Assembly: GCA_038087875.1 (NCBI GenBank)
Contig: CM075996.1
Location: 8,992,001 to 9,056,000 of the forward strand
Length of the DNA stretch: 64,000 bases
Direction of reading: 5' to 3'
Source: Malacoraja senta
Taxonomy: Eukaryota
Of this stretch, positions 11,959-25,537 are shown in pieces. Within the stretch, counting starts at the first letter, position 1. Every line of letters begins with the position of its first letter. The position numbers were made by a program, and so were the translations under genes. The notes beneath the pieces were generated by a model. That model was not told the DNA's origin. It was given only the letters and a program-made list of their open reading frames with translations, and made no database searches.

Positions 11959-14406
11959 GGATGAGTGAACCGAGTGTAATATATCCACATTTGATGGGAC
12001 ACAGCATTTGAAATTTGGAACAAGATCATGCACTATCTGGGAAAAGTAGTGTGGCAAAGTATTTTTTATACGGTGAGAGACTGCGAAGTGTGGGTATTCA
12101 CCTGGGTTCAAACCTGACCTCGCAAGCTGTCGCTGTGGAGTTTACACGAACGGCCAGTGACCAGGAAGTGTTGGCAAGGGTTCAGTTCAGTTTAGTTTAT
12201 TGTCACGAGGTACAGTGAAAAGCCTTTGTTGCGTGTTAACCAGCCAGCGGAAAGACCATACACGATTACAATCGTGCCATTCACAGTGTACAAATACATG
12301 ATAAGGGAATAACGTTTAGTGCACGGTAAAGCCGGTGTAGTCCGATCAAAGGTAGTCCAAGGGTCCCCAATGAGGTGGATAGTCATTCAGGACTACTCTC
12401 TGGTTGTGGTGGGATGGTTCAGTTGCCTGGGCAGAAACTGTCCCTGAATCTGGAGGTGTGCGTTTTCACATTTTGTGCTGTGTGGCCTTGTACACAAATC
12501 ACAGAATGAACATGCAGGTACAGCAAGCGATTTAGTTGTCCTTCATTGCAATGGTACTAAGTACGAGTAGAACAGTGTGAACGGTTCTGATCTCCCAACC
12601 TAACACTGATGTCCGAGCGATAGCGGGAGCACAGTGAAACTTCACCAGATTGATTTCTGTAATAGTTAATCACATGAGAGGCTAAGCAGATTAAGTTTAA
12701 ACGCTCTAAAGTTTAGAGGAATGAGAGATTTCATTGAAGCATACAAAAACACTTTTCAGGATTGATGAGGTACCCATTGGATGAGGGCTCCATCATCAGG
12801 GGAACCAGTCTCAATACAAGAGATTGGCCGCCCAGGGCAGGTCTGACAAGAAAGCATTTCACCTCAAATTTAACAAGTTCACAAGTTATAGGAGTAGAAT
12901 TTGGCCCATTGAGTCTACTCCGCCATTCAATCATGGCTGATCTCTGCCTCCTAATCCTGTTTTCCCGCCTTCTCCCCATAACCCTTGACACCCGTTCTGA
13001 TTAAGGATTTGTCTATCCCTGCCTTCAAAATATCCACTGACTTGGCCTCCACAGCCATCTTTACATTAATCCTACATTTTTAAATTCTCCCACAATGCCG
13101 AACATGCCGAATCTACACTAGTCCCACCTGCCTGCGTTTGGTCCATATCCCTCTAAACTTGTCTTATCCGTGTACCTGTCTAAATGTTTCTTAAACGTTG
13201 CGATACGCTTAAACGCTGCCTCTTCTGGCAGCTCGTTCCATACACCCACCACCCTTTGTGTAAAAAAAGGAAGGTGTTTGAAGGATAGGAGAGCGGAACA
13301 GGTAAATGTGATTAGGGTTGCTTACTCACCTGAAGGCAAAATACCATTTCCACTTGTGAACCCTCTGTCTGTGGAGAAGTCAGTAGGAGAGTCACACTCA
13401 TGGCCAGTCGCCCGTCCTCACCTCCCCATTTGTTTTTCTCATCCCCCAAAATACCAGGAGAGGAATAACAATGTCTAAACGTGTGCATCAGGCCGGGTAA
13501 ACAAAGCAGAGCTGGTCACACTGACCCAGTGAGCACAGGACATCAGCATTTCTGGAATAGAGATTCCAGAAGACATGTTTGCACAGGGACTGACTGTTGG
13601 CAGGCTTCCCGACCTGCGCTAACTCACCTTCGCTCCCCCATCACAACCACTGCCCCCCCCCCCATGCCTCCAGCTCTCCTGCCTCACCATGAACCTCGCC
13701 CATTATAGTCCTGATCAGAACCCGTGCTCACACCCAGCTAGATTTCAGCAGAGATAACCGATCGAATTGATCGAAAGATACAGCATGGAAATAAATAGCC
13801 CCTTCAGCACACCGAGTCCACACTGACTAGCGATCGCTCATTCACATTATCTCACTTTCTCATCCACTCCCTGCACACTAGGGGCGATTTACAGAGGCCA
13901 AGTAACACACAAGCCTGCACATCTTTGGGATGTGGGAGGAAATTCAATATATATTCAAACATAGGGCTGATTCAATAAGCAGAATTCAAATGTAAAATGA
14001 ATCAAGAGCTTCAGGCAGCGCGGTGCTTATTGAATCAGCGAATGACTATCGTGAGTTGGTGCTGAACATCAATAAGCTAACTTGTCATAAGAAAATAAGA
14101 ATTAGAGACATAGAGTCTTACAGCGTAGAAACAGGCCCTTCGGCCCATCTTGCCCATACCAGCCAACATGCCCCATCTACACTAGTCCTACCTGCCTGCA
14201 TTTGGCCCATATCCCTCCAAACCTGTCCTATCCATTTAAATGTTTCTTAAATGTTGCGATAGTCCCTGCCTCAACGACCTCCTCCGGCAGCTCGTTCCAT
14301 GCGCACACCGTCCCGATATATATCTCAGCATCAAGTAAAACCAGAATGACCGTTTGACCCCCCTCATGCTCGCTCCATTGAAATTATGAGAATCACTGCA
14401 ACCTTT

Positions 14407-14546
14407 GGGTGGGAGACTGCAACCTTCACGTGGTCCGCCTTGTTTCGACGAATGCAATCAACCTGGCGTGCACAATCAAATAAGATCAAATAGAACAAGT
14501 TGTCCTACAACTTTAGGCTGTGCACGTCATACGCAAGAAGAAGAAG
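14407..14546 (+). mobile_element. HDV-ribozyme-headed short retroelement, near full-length copy
   Basis: Near-identical to 59811-59953; TSD actgcaaccttt/actacaaccttt. Confidence 0.82.
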
Positions 14547-15079
14547 ACTACAACCTTTCAGCATTAACCTTATATATCCTGGTTCCCTAAAACATCTACA
14601 AATCTAATAACTTCTACATTTGTCCTCACTCTGACAATGGAGGAGGCCCAGGACAGAAAGGTCAGATTGGGAATGGGAATGAGAATGCCTAGTGTTTGTT
14701 TTACCTCTTCTTTCAAGAATTGGGAATGTATCTCCTGCAAGATGTGTTTTTAATCTTCTCTTAATTTATTTTTAAAATGCAGCGGAATAACACCAACCCC
14801 ACCTTCAGGATGAACCTCAGGGTCATACAGCACAGCAACTGCATTCAGCGAACCATAATCATGCAGACTTGACCCCCCCCCCCCCCCCCCCGCCCCGATG
14901 ACATTCATCCCATTTTCCCACATTAGGTCTATAGCCTTCTATGTCTTGCGTGTGTACTTGACTCTTAAACAGGTCATAAGGAATAGGAGTAGAATTAGGC
15001 CATTTGGCCCATCGTCTACTCTGCCATTCAATCATGGCTGATCTATCTCTCCCTCCTAACCCCATTTTCAGAAATTCCA

Positions 15080-15835
15080 CCGGGTGGCGCCGTCAGCAAT
15101 CGCCAACCAACAGTGTCTGTCTTTTTGACTTTTTGGTTATTTTTACTGTGTTTTAAAAGTTTGTGTTATTGTTCTCTGGTTTGTTTTATGTGGGGGGTTG
15201 GGGGAGGGGGTCGTGGGAAACTTTTTTTCAATCTCTTACCCTGCCGGAGATGCGATTGTTTTCCGGATCGTATCTCCGGTCGCTCTGCGGCCTAACATCA
15301 TGGAGCTGGAGGCCTTGCTCAAGACTGACTTTGAGCCCCACCACGGGGGCCGTGGACTTACCATCGGAGCCTGCGATCCCTTGCCTGGGATCGACGCTCC
15401 TGCGGATTTCAACATCGAGGAACTCGTAATCTCGGGTAGAGACTGATGTCAGGAAGCTCCAAAGTCGCAGAAAGTTTCGACCAGCCCCGACCCGAGGTCC
15501 GATCGCCCAGCGCGGGGGGAGCTGACATCCCCCCCGATGCAGGAGCTTGATTGCCCCGATGCGGAGGGCCCGACCGCCGGCTACGGGAGCCAAGATCGCC
15601 CCGACAACGGAAGGTTTGAGTGCCTCAACCGCAGGAAAACAAAGAAGGGAGGAATGAACTTTTTTTGCCTTCCATCACAGTGAGGAATGTGGGCGAATCG
15701 CTAGGGTGGATGTTCATGTTAATCATTTATTTTGGTGTCTTGTTGCTCTTTATTGCTATGACTGTATGGCAAATCAAATTCTTCGTATGTTGCAAAACAT
15801 ACTTGACTAATAAAGTACTATTATGATTATGATGA
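15080..15835 (+). mobile_element. GC-rich non-autonomous retroelement with a conserved TGCCT-hairpin core
   Basis: Core tgccttccatcacagtg...gggtggatg shared with elements at about 5716-6170(-), 9445-9660(-), 10150-10545(-), 38535-39035(-) and 62000-62500(+). Confidence 0.6.
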
Positions 15836-15844
15836 GTATGATTC

Positions 15845-16610
15845 TTCTGGTTTTTCCCCATAACCCCCGACACCTGTACTAATCACAAATCTATCTATCT
15901 CTGCCTTAAAAATATCCACTGACAGCCTCCACAGCCTGTTGTGGCAAAGAATTCCACAGATTCACCACTCTCTGACTAAAGAAATGTTTCCTCATCTCCT
16001 TCCTAAAAGAATGTCCTTTAATTCTGAGGCTATAGACCTAGACTCTCCCACCAGTGGAAACATCCTCTCCACATCCACTCTATCCAAGCCTTTCACTATT
16101 CTGTCTGTTTCAATGAGGTCCCCCCCTCATTCTTCTAAACTCCAGCAAGTACAGGCCCAGTGCAAAGATAAGTGCGCATCGTAGGTTAACCTACTCATTC
16201 CTAGGATCATTCTTGTAAACCTCCTCTGGACCCTCTCCAGAGCCAGCACATCCTTCCTCAGATATGGAGCCCAAAATTGCTCACAATATTCCAAATGCAG
16301 CCTGACCAGCGCCTTCTAGAGCCTCAGCATCACATCCCTGTTTTTGTATGCAAGTCCTCTTGAAATAAATGCTAGCATTGAGTTTACTTTCTTTACTACC
16401 GATTCGACTGGCAGATTAACCTTTGGGAATCCTGCACCAGCACTCCCATGTCCATTTGCAACTCCGATTTCGCGATTCGCTCCCCATTTAGAAAATAGTC
16501 TATGCCTTTATTCCTACTACCAAAAGGCACGGCTCCACACTTTGCTTCACGATATTCCATCTGCCACTTCTCTGCCACCCTCCCCCAACCTGTCCAAGTC
16601 CTTCTGCCGA
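15845..16610 (-). mobile_element. CR1 LINE fragment, degenerate
   Basis: WQMEY...KC...FGSRNKG.DYFLNGE; ggtcaggctgcatttggaatattgtgagcaattttgggc. Confidence 0.8.
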
Positions 16611-16921
16611 GTCTACATGGTGACCCTATCTGACAGTATCCGCCACCTGTGGCAGTAAGTTTCAGACGTCAACCACTCTGTGTGTGTTAAAAAACATTCC
16701 CCTCACATCCCCTTTAAAACTTAGATAGGCACAAAATGCTGGAGTACCTCAGCGGGACAGGCAGCATCTCTGGATAGATGGAATGGGTGACATTTTGGGT
16801 CAAGCCCCATTCCTTCTCTCCAGAGATGCTGCCTGTCCCGCTGAGTTTACTCCAGCATTTTGTGTCTGTCTTCGGTGTAAACCAGCATCTGCAGTTTTTT
16901 CCTACTCTTTAAAACGTCTTA

Positions 16922-17228
16922 AACCAGGGGCCACAGTCTTAGAATAAAGAGGAAGCCATGTAAGACTGAGGTGAGAACAAACTTTTTCACCCAGAGAGTT
17001 GTGAATTTGCGGAATTTCCTGCCACAGAGGGCAGTGGAGGCCAAATCACTGGATGGATTTAAGAGAGAGTTAGCTAGAGCTCTAGGGGCTAGTGGAATCA
17101 AGGGATATGGGGAGAAGGCAGGCACGGGTTATTGATTGGGGTCGATCAGCCATGATCACAATGAATGGCGATGCTGGCTCGAAGGGCCGAATGGCCTCCT
17201 CCTGCACCTATTTTCTATGTTTCTATGT
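16922..17228 (+). mobile_element. HER1/CR1 LINE 3' end
   Basis: Matches 11640-11958. Confidence 0.85.
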
Positions 17229-17591
17229 CTTCCTCTCTCCCTTAAACCTATGCATACATGTATTTGATAACCCCAGCATTGAAAAAGAATCGGACTATTT
17301 ACTCCCTAATTGTCCGATTCTTTTTCCGATGCTGGGGTTATCAAATGCTGCCTCTTATAATTCTATAGACCTTTATCAGGTCACTCCTCTGCTCCTTCAC
17401 TCCACAGAAAACAAACCCAGATCATCCAATCTCTTCCCATAGTTAAACTCCTCCAATCCAGGCAACATTTTGTTTGATCTCTCTACTAGAGCACGACATC
17501 CTGCCTGCAGTGTGGTGCCCAGAAATGCACACAATACTCCAAATGTGGTCCAATCATTGTTTTGTGAAGAGGCAACACTTTAATATTCTAC

Positions 17592-18163
17592 GGTAGACAA
17601 AAGTGCTGGAGAAACTCAGTGGGTGAGGCAGCATCCACGGAGCGCAGGAAATAGGCAACGTTTCGGACCGAAACCCTTCTTCAGATTGATGTGAGGGTGG
17701 GGGGCGGGAAGAAGAAAGGAAGAGGAGGAGCCAGAGGGCTGAGGGACAGCTGAGAGAGGGAGGAGACAGTAAGGACTACCTGAAATTAGTGAAGTCAATG
17801 TTCATACCGCTGGGGTACAAACTGCCCAAGCGAAATATGAGGTGATGCTCCTCCAATTTCCGGTGGTCCTCACTCTGACCATGGAGGAGGCCAAGGACAG
17901 AAAGGTTGGATTCGGAATGGGAGGGGGAGTTGAAGTGCTGAGCCACCTGGAGATCAGGTTGGTTAGTGCGAACCGAGCGGAGGTGTTCGGTGAAGCGATC
18001 GCCAAGCCTACGCTTGGTCTCACCGATGTAGAGCAGCTGACATCTAGAGCAGTGGATGCAATGAATGAGGTTGGAGGAGGTGCAGGTGAACCTCTGCCGC
18101 ACCTGGAACAACTGCTTGGGTCCTTGAATGGAGTCAAGGGGGGAGGTAAAGCGACAAGTGTAG
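17592..18163 (-). mobile_element. Penelope-like element fragment (GIY-YIG)
   Basis: ORF 17776-18111 FQVRQRFTCTSSNLIHCIHCSRCQLLYIGETKRRLGDRF...; hammerhead motif at about 17656-17683. Confidence 0.9.
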
Positions 18164-19269
18164 TACGTGTGGCAAGGAAATGCAGATGCCGGTTTACACT
18201 GAAGATAGACACAATATGCTGGAGTATCTCAGCGGGACAGGCAGCAGAGTCCCAATGTGTTACTCCATCATTTAATATTCTATGCCCGGACCCACTGAGA
18301 GAAACATGCCATATGCTGAAACAAAGAGCTGCAGATGCTGGTTTACGGCAAAGATAGACATACAGTCCTGGAGTAACTCAGCAGGTCAGGCAACATCTCG
18401 GGAGAGAAAGGATGGTTGACGTTTCAGGTTGGGACCTGAATCTGAAGAAGGGTCCCGACCTGAAACGTCACCTATCCTTCATCTCCAGAGTTGCTGCCTG
18501 ACCCGCACTTTGTGTTTAACTCAAACATGCCATATACCTTCTTCATAGAAACATGGAAAATAGGTGCAGTTGTAGGCCATTCGACCCCACACGAGCCAGC
18601 ACCACCATTCAACATGATCATGGCCGATCATCCAAAATCAGTACCCCGTTCCTGCTTTTTCCCCATCTCCCTTGATTCCGTTAGCTTCACTATGCTATAT
18701 TAATTATAAATTCTACCCTAAATACCCTTCATAAATGGGCTTTCTTCTTGCCCCCTCGGGTTCCCAACCTATTTATTTACACTGATCTCTGTTTCTATCA
18801 CTGGCTCCTGAATTTTCCCTCAGACACACTTCACTTTCTTTATCCTGCTCTTGGCCTGTTCTCTCATTCTATATAATTGAAAAAAAACTTTTTATTCCCA
18901 CAGACCCAATAAAATTATCACTAACGATTTATTCCTGGCTTTCCAAATTTACCAATGATTTCCTTCCTTGACGGAACAACCTTTTTCTGTCTGCCTGCAA
19001 TTTATTTTTTGCACTAATAAAAAGCATTGTTTCCCAGTTTGTTATAACTTTGCTCCTTTTGGAACTTGCTCTACTAATCAACTGCTGTGTTTCTGAAATT
19101 TGATAACATTAACCGTGCTTCAAGAAATACTTTAACGCTGAAATGTCGACACGTGGAACTGGGGATGCTGGTTTACTGGTGTGCATGGGTGATAAAACTG
19201 AAGAAGGGTCACGACCCGAAACGTCGCCAATCCCTGTTCTCCAGAGATGCTGCCTGACCTGCAGAGTTA

Positions 19270-19686
19270 TGGGCCTGTCCCACTTAGGCTACCTTTAGGC
19301 GACTGTCGGCGACTGTCAGGCGACTGGACCCCCCTTTCGACATAAAATTTGAAATAGAATCATTACTTTAACAACAACAAAATGAAGTCAGCACTGGCGA
19401 CAACCTACGTCACCTGGCGACAACCTACGTCACCTGGCGACAACCTACCACAGCACCTACGTCAGGAGAAGTCAAGCTACGCTCATTGGCGTCAAACCCA
19501 CTGTCGCCGACTGTCTCCGAAATGTTTCAACACGTTGAAAATCCAGCGGAGACCTGAAACACGCTACAACTCTTTGGGCGACTGTGGAGACTACTCACGA
19601 CCATACAGGCGATACCCTGGCGACCATGTGGCGACAGCCTAGTCGCCTGTAGTCGCCGAGAAAATCGCCTATGTGGGACAGGCCCA
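19270..19686. mobile_element. PIF/Harbinger-type MITE inserted into a Penelope derivative
   Basis: Splits gagTTActccagc with an exact TTA duplication; reverse-orientation relative of 438-857. Confidence 0.92.
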
Positions 19687-20154
19687 TTACTCCAGCACTT
19701 TGTCTTTAATGCTGAAAGCTGCTTCAGGGCATGCTGTGGTAATGAAAAACACATCGCCCTCCAAACCAGCACGCATCACATCACCTCACCTCAGCTACCC
19801 CACTCATTGTTCAAAGTCATCTCCCTACACTCATCTCCCTACTACCTTCAGGTAGAAGGTACAGGAGCCTGAAGACTGCAACGACCAGGTTCAGGAACAG
19901 CTACTTCCCCACAGCCATCAGGCTATTAAACCTGGCTCGGACATAACACTGAACTTTACTAGCCAATACTGTTATTAGCACTTTATCAGTATATTGACCA
20001 TTGTGTATATATTTATAGAATGCCTTGTAGTAAATGCCTACTATGTTCTGTTGTGCTCAAGCAAAGCAAGAATTTCATTGTCCTACCAGGGACACATGAC
20101 AATAAACTCACTTGACTTGACTTGACTTGAAGTCTGCCCTCATCGGTTCTCGTT

Positions 20155-20207
20155 AACAAGTTGTCCTACAACTTTAGGCTGTGCACGCCATACGCAAGAA
20201 GAAGAAG
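20155..20207 (+). mobile_element. 5'-truncated copy of the same (GAA)n-tailed element
   Basis: aacaagttgtcctacaactttaggctgtgcacgccatacgcaagaagaagaag flanked by cggttctcgtt/cagttctcgtt. Confidence 0.75.
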
Positions 20208-21712
20208 CTCAGTTCTCGTTTTAGTTTAGGTTAGTATTGAGATACAGTGCAGAAACAGGCCCTTCGGCCCACCGACCAGCGATCCCCGCACACTAAGACT
20301 ATCCTACACACACTAGGGACAATTTACAATTTTACCAAGCCAATTAACCTACAAACCTGTACATCTTTGGAATTCTTTGTGTGTTGGTGCAGACTCCTTG
20401 TTCGAGTTAGATCTTTAAATTATGCTCATGACTCTCAAATCCACATTTGAAAAGAACAATACAGCACAGGAGCAGGCCCTTCAGCCCACAATGTCCAACC
20501 TGTGCAAGAAGCCAAGTTAAACTAAAGTCCTATGCCTGAATGTGATCCATATCCCTTCATTCCCTGCATATCCATGTGCCCATCTAAAAGCTATCTGTTT
20601 AGCTCTGTCATCTGATGGATTTCACCATAAGCAGATCCATCAAGACAATGTGTATGAAGGAACTGCAGATGCTGGTTTGAAACTGAAGATAGACACAAAA
20701 AGCTGGAGTAACTTCAGACTGAAGAAGGGTCTCGACCCGAAACGTCACCCATTCCTTCTCTCCAGAGATGCTGCCTGCCCCGCTGAGTTACTCCATTTTG
20801 TGTCCATCAAGACAACCTCTGTGAGTTGTGAGGAAGGAACTGCAGATGCTGATTTAAACTGAAGACGGACACAAAAAGCTGGAGGAACTCAGCGGGTCAG
20901 GCAGAATCTCTGGAGATGGGAGACGTTTTTGGGTCGAGACCCTTTTTCAGACTGTCTAAAGAAGGGTTTCGACCCGAAATGTCACCTACCCATTTTCTCC
21001 AGAGATGCTGCCTGACCCGCTGAGTTACTCCAGATTTTTGTGTTAACCTTTGTGAGTTGAGTAATATCCAGGACCTGTGTTCTGTATGGAGTTTCAGAAT
21101 TCCATTTCCCCTCACTGTCCCAATCGACATGTAGATAATTAAAATCGGCCAGAACAATAATTCTGTTATTTCATCTCTCCAGTCAGGCTTTTCCATTTCC
21201 TTCTTACAATGTGGCAATTTCTGATACTCACTGACCATTGGAATAAACCCTTTTTAATATAAATATAACAACTATATTGACTTTCTCCTCCCCAGTTGGG
21301 TATATCACCCTTTTTACAACCACGATTGTTCCGTCACCTTTCTTATCTCTCTCTATTTCTCCTGAATATATCCGTTCAGTTTCACTCCTACCCAGTTCAG
21401 TTAAGTTTTTATTAATGCTAAATATAGACCTTCCTACACAATTAATGCTTCTAGATTTCTATGTTATTGTACATTGTAAAACCTCAAAACACTTTTCCGA
21501 ATTTGAAGAGCCACTATGGACGTTTGGGCAGATGGGAAGTGTTTAGAGGGCTATGGGCCGAATGCCAGCAAATTGCACTAGCCCACAATGCCAATTCGGG
21601 CAGTGTGGTCAAGGTGGGACAAAGAACCTGTATGTTTAAAATGGCTTCCTCTTTACAGCTTGATTTCCTAATTCTACGATAGTTCCATTGGATATCATTC
21701 TGACGTTCAGCA

Positions 21713-21912
21713 NNNNNNNNNNNNNNNNNNNNNNNNNNNNNNNNNNNNNNNNNNNNNNNNNNNNNNNNNNNNNNNNNNNNNNNNNNNNNNNNNNNNNNNN
21801 NNNNNNNNNNNNNNNNNNNNNNNNNNNNNNNNNNNNNNNNNNNNNNNNNNNNNNNNNNNNNNNNNNNNNNNNNNNNNNNNNNNNNNNNNNNNNNNNNNNN
21901 NNNNNNNNNNNN
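21713..21912. other. Assembly gap (exactly 200 N)
   Basis: Run of N; the round length suggests a scaffolding gap of unknown true size. Confidence 0.99.
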
Positions 21913-22322
21913 CGGCTCTGACCTTTCTTCCATCGAGGGGATCTATCGCAGTCGCTGCCTCAAAAAGGCTGGCAGCATCATCAAGGACCCACACCATCCT
22001 GGCCACACACTCATCTCTCCGCTGCCTTCAAGTAGAAGGTACAGGAGCCTGAAATCTGCAACAACCAGGTTCAGGAATAGCTGCTTCCCCACAGCCATCA
22101 GGCTATTTAAACTCAACTCAAACAAACTCTGAACTATAATTAGCCTACTGCACTTTGCTTATTTATGTGTCTATATATATATATATATATTCAATGGTAT
22201 ATGGACACACTGATCTGTTCTGTATTATTTATGCCTACTATATTCTGTTGTGCTGAAGCAAAGCAAGAATTTCATTGTCCTATCTGGGACACATGACAAT
22301 AAACTCTCTTGAATCTTGAATC
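21913..22322 (+). mobile_element. Rex1/Babar-type LINE 3' fragment
   Basis: GSDLSSIEGIYRSRCLKKAGSIIKDPHHPGHTL..PLPSSRRYRSL; (cttgaat)n tail. Confidence 0.85.
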
Positions 22323-23236
22323 TAGAAACATAATAAAATAGGTGCAGGAATAGACCATTCGGCCCTTCGAGCCAGCACCACCATTCGTTCTTCAGACTGA
22401 TTCCGTCTCTCCAGAGATGCTGCCTGTCCTGCTGAGTTACTCCAGCATTTTGTGTCTATCTTCGATTTAAACCAGCATCTGCAGTTCTTTCCTACACAAT
22501 GATCAGTTGGCATTGGGAGAGATGTGAGCTGGGCTTGCAAAATGTTGTTCAGGGTAGTGGACCCAGCCAGTGCACACAGGCGTGCCAAAAGTTGGACCGA
22601 CACCATAGGCCTCATGTACGGGGGGAGATAAGCAGCGGATCACATTCTCCGGGCTCTGCGGCCTACCATCGCTGGAGCTGGAAGCCGCCTCGGACTGTCG
22701 TGAGCCCCACCGCGGGGCGCTGACTTAACATGGGAGCGGATCCCTTGCCTGAGATCGCTGCCTCCGCGGCCTGTGGACTTACCATCAAGGGCTCGCAGTC
22801 TCGGTAGAGGCTGACGCCGCGGACTGTTTCGGCGCTGTACCTCTAGACTAAACTAAACAGGGGCGCTGGCCGGCTGGTGAGAAGGATGCCGGGTCTGGAG
22901 AGCGAGTGAGGGGGAGCCAAGCTGGGGAAAGAGCGGGGGAACCCTTTAAAAACTTTATGCAGAGATAGATGCTCCTTCTCCTCTGGGCTTGCTTAATGTT
23001 AGTGAATGAATGAACTAAGGCATCATTTCACGAATGAAGTCTGATTTAGGAATTCTACAGCACCCAAACTGGCCCTTCAGCCATCACATCCATACCGCCT
23101 ATCTACAATAATCCTATCTGCCTGCATGAGGTTTGTACCCATCCACTCCTTTCCTATCAAAGCACCTGGGCGAACGGCTTTTAAATGCTGTAATTGTACC
23201 TGTCGCAATACCCCCCTCTGGCAGCTCATTCTAGAT

Positions 23237-23765
23237 CAGGGGTGGGGAACCTTTTCATGTTGGAATGCCGCATTAAGTTAGCTGTAATCTAATAAGGCCG
23301 CATCCAAGAAACTTCAATTAGATATACTTCAAAATGTACATTATTTTGTAAAAATCTAGCCACTATGTACTAACTTCAAGATAATGAAAAAAAATTGTTA
23401 ATTCTAAAGTTAACTAACCTTTTAATGACTTTGTTGTGACTGCTCTCTGGAGTCTAGAGTCGCATTAGAACTAAATCATGAACATAACAGGTGGTATGTG
23501 GCCGTTTTAAAACACAATAGGCCTCATGACTTACTGATGTTTTAATTGTGGCCGTCAGTCGGGGAGGATTATTTCGTTGAATCTTCTTTTACTCTTTGGT
23601 ATTTTAAATACGATCATTTTAAGAATAAAATTAAAATAATAATAGACGAACAAAAACTCGTTAATAAAAGGATTTGTTCTACAAAATTTGAATTCATTCA
23701 AAAGGCCACACTTAATGGCCTAGAAGGCCGCATGCAGCCTTAAGGCCGCAGATTCCCCACCCCTG
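23237..23765. mobile_element. hAT (Charlie-like) non-autonomous DNA transposon
   Basis: TIR caggggtggggaa / ttccccacccctg; perfect 8-bp TSD TTCTAGAT (Charlie-type NTCTAGAN). Confidence 0.92.
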
Positions 23766-24097
23766 TTCTAGATACTCACCATCAACAGTGTGAAAAATTA
23801 TCTCCTTAATTCTCCTCTAAATTACTCATCTCTCAATTTACACCTGTGTTCCCCCATTTCAGACTCCCTTACCCTGAGAAAAAGACTCTGCCTGTCCTAT
23901 CTCTGCACCTCATAATGTTGTGAACTCCGTCAAGGTCAATGGTTGAACGGAGCTTTACGTGTCACATGTGCAACTGGACAGTGAAATTCATTTTGTATAT
24001 ATTACACAAACATGCCCGAGCTTCCCATGTTCCAGTGAGAATTGACCCAGGCTATCAATCTCTCCCGCTAACTACAGCCTTCTATTCCTGGAAGATT

Positions 24098-24385
24098 TCT
24101 GATGGCTGTGGGGAAGTAGCTATCCCTGAACCTGGATGTTGCAGATTTCAGGCTCCTGTACCTTCTACCTGAAGGTAGAGGGGAGATGAGTGTGTGGCCA
24201 GGATGGTGTGGGTCCTTGATGATGCTGCCAGCCTTTTTGAGGCAGCGACTGCGATGGATCCCCTCGATGGAAGGGAGGTCAGAGCCGATGATGGACTGGG
24301 CAGTGTTTACTACTTTTTGCAGTCTTTTCCGCCCCAGGGCGCTCAAGTTGCCGAACCAAGCCACGATGCAGCCGGTCAGCATGCT
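24098..24385 (-). mobile_element. Rex1/Babar-type LINE fragment
   Basis: LTGCIVAWFGNLSA..RKRLQKVVNTAQSIIG...SGRRYRSL. Confidence 0.85.
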
Positions 24386-25537
24386 TCCTATTACACATCC
24401 TTCCTATTGTGTGGGACAAGCGCAGTCTAACCAATGTTTTGTACAGTTGTGACTGGTGTGCTCGGAGGGCAGGGGAGGGCAGGCAGTAGTTGAGAGAGGC
24501 GGCAGAGGGGAGAAAGAGGGAACTCGCAATTACAGTTGAAGAACCCACTAAATTGAAAAAGGCAAAACGAGGAGGTTGACAGCTCGGCAGGTGCGCAGGT
24601 GTGTTGGTGCGAGAGTTAGACCAGGAAAAAAGTTATGAATGTACAGCAAAGAAAGATCTTGGAAAAATATGATCAGGACAGCCTGGTGGCGCAGCGGTAG
24701 AGTTGCTGCCTTACAGCGCCAGAGACCCGGGTTCGATTGAACCCGGGTCTCTGGCGCTGTAAGGCAGCAACTGTCTGTACAGTGCTGTCTGTACGGAGTT
24801 TGTACGTTCTCCCCGTGACCTGCGTGGGTTTTCTCTGAGAAATTTGGTTTCCTCCCACACTCCAAAGAAGTACAGGTTTGTAGGTTAATTGGCTTGGTAT
24901 ACGTAAAAATTGTCCCTCGTGTAAGATACTGTTAATGTGCGGTGCGGTGCAGATTTGGTGGGCCAGGGGGCCTGTTTCCGCCCTGTATCTCTAAACTAAA
25001 CTAAAGGAAAAATGTGCAGATGGTTAATTGTCAGTTTGCCCATGTCAAATGACCCCTAGTGTGTAAGGAGTGGTTGAGAAAGTGGGATAACATAGAACTA
25101 GCGTGAACGGGTGATCAAACAGGCACTTCAGGTAGGCTGAAGTGCCTGTTTCTCTGCTTTTGCTCCAAAAATAATATTGTGCAGTTGTCAAATGAGAGGG
25201 AAGTTGTTCACAATTAATTGGATGATTTAAGAAAAAATAAAATTTAAGAAAAAATAAAATAAATTATAAAAGGATGATTTAAGAAAAAATAAAATTTAAT
25301 TCCTGTTGTGATTGCATTGCCAAATGGTGATATTTTAATATTTTAATATTTGACGGGAAGAGATGACGTGTCAAAGGAGAGTGAAGGTTTTGTGAGAGAG
25401 GGATGCGAAGAGATATAGCAAGTGAGGGGAGGGAAAGGAGTGAGGGAGAGGGGACAGAGAGAGCGAACTATGTGAAGAAAGAGTGAGTCTGTGAGCGGGA
25501 TGCGGAGAGTGAAAGATTGAGGGACACCGCACACTCA

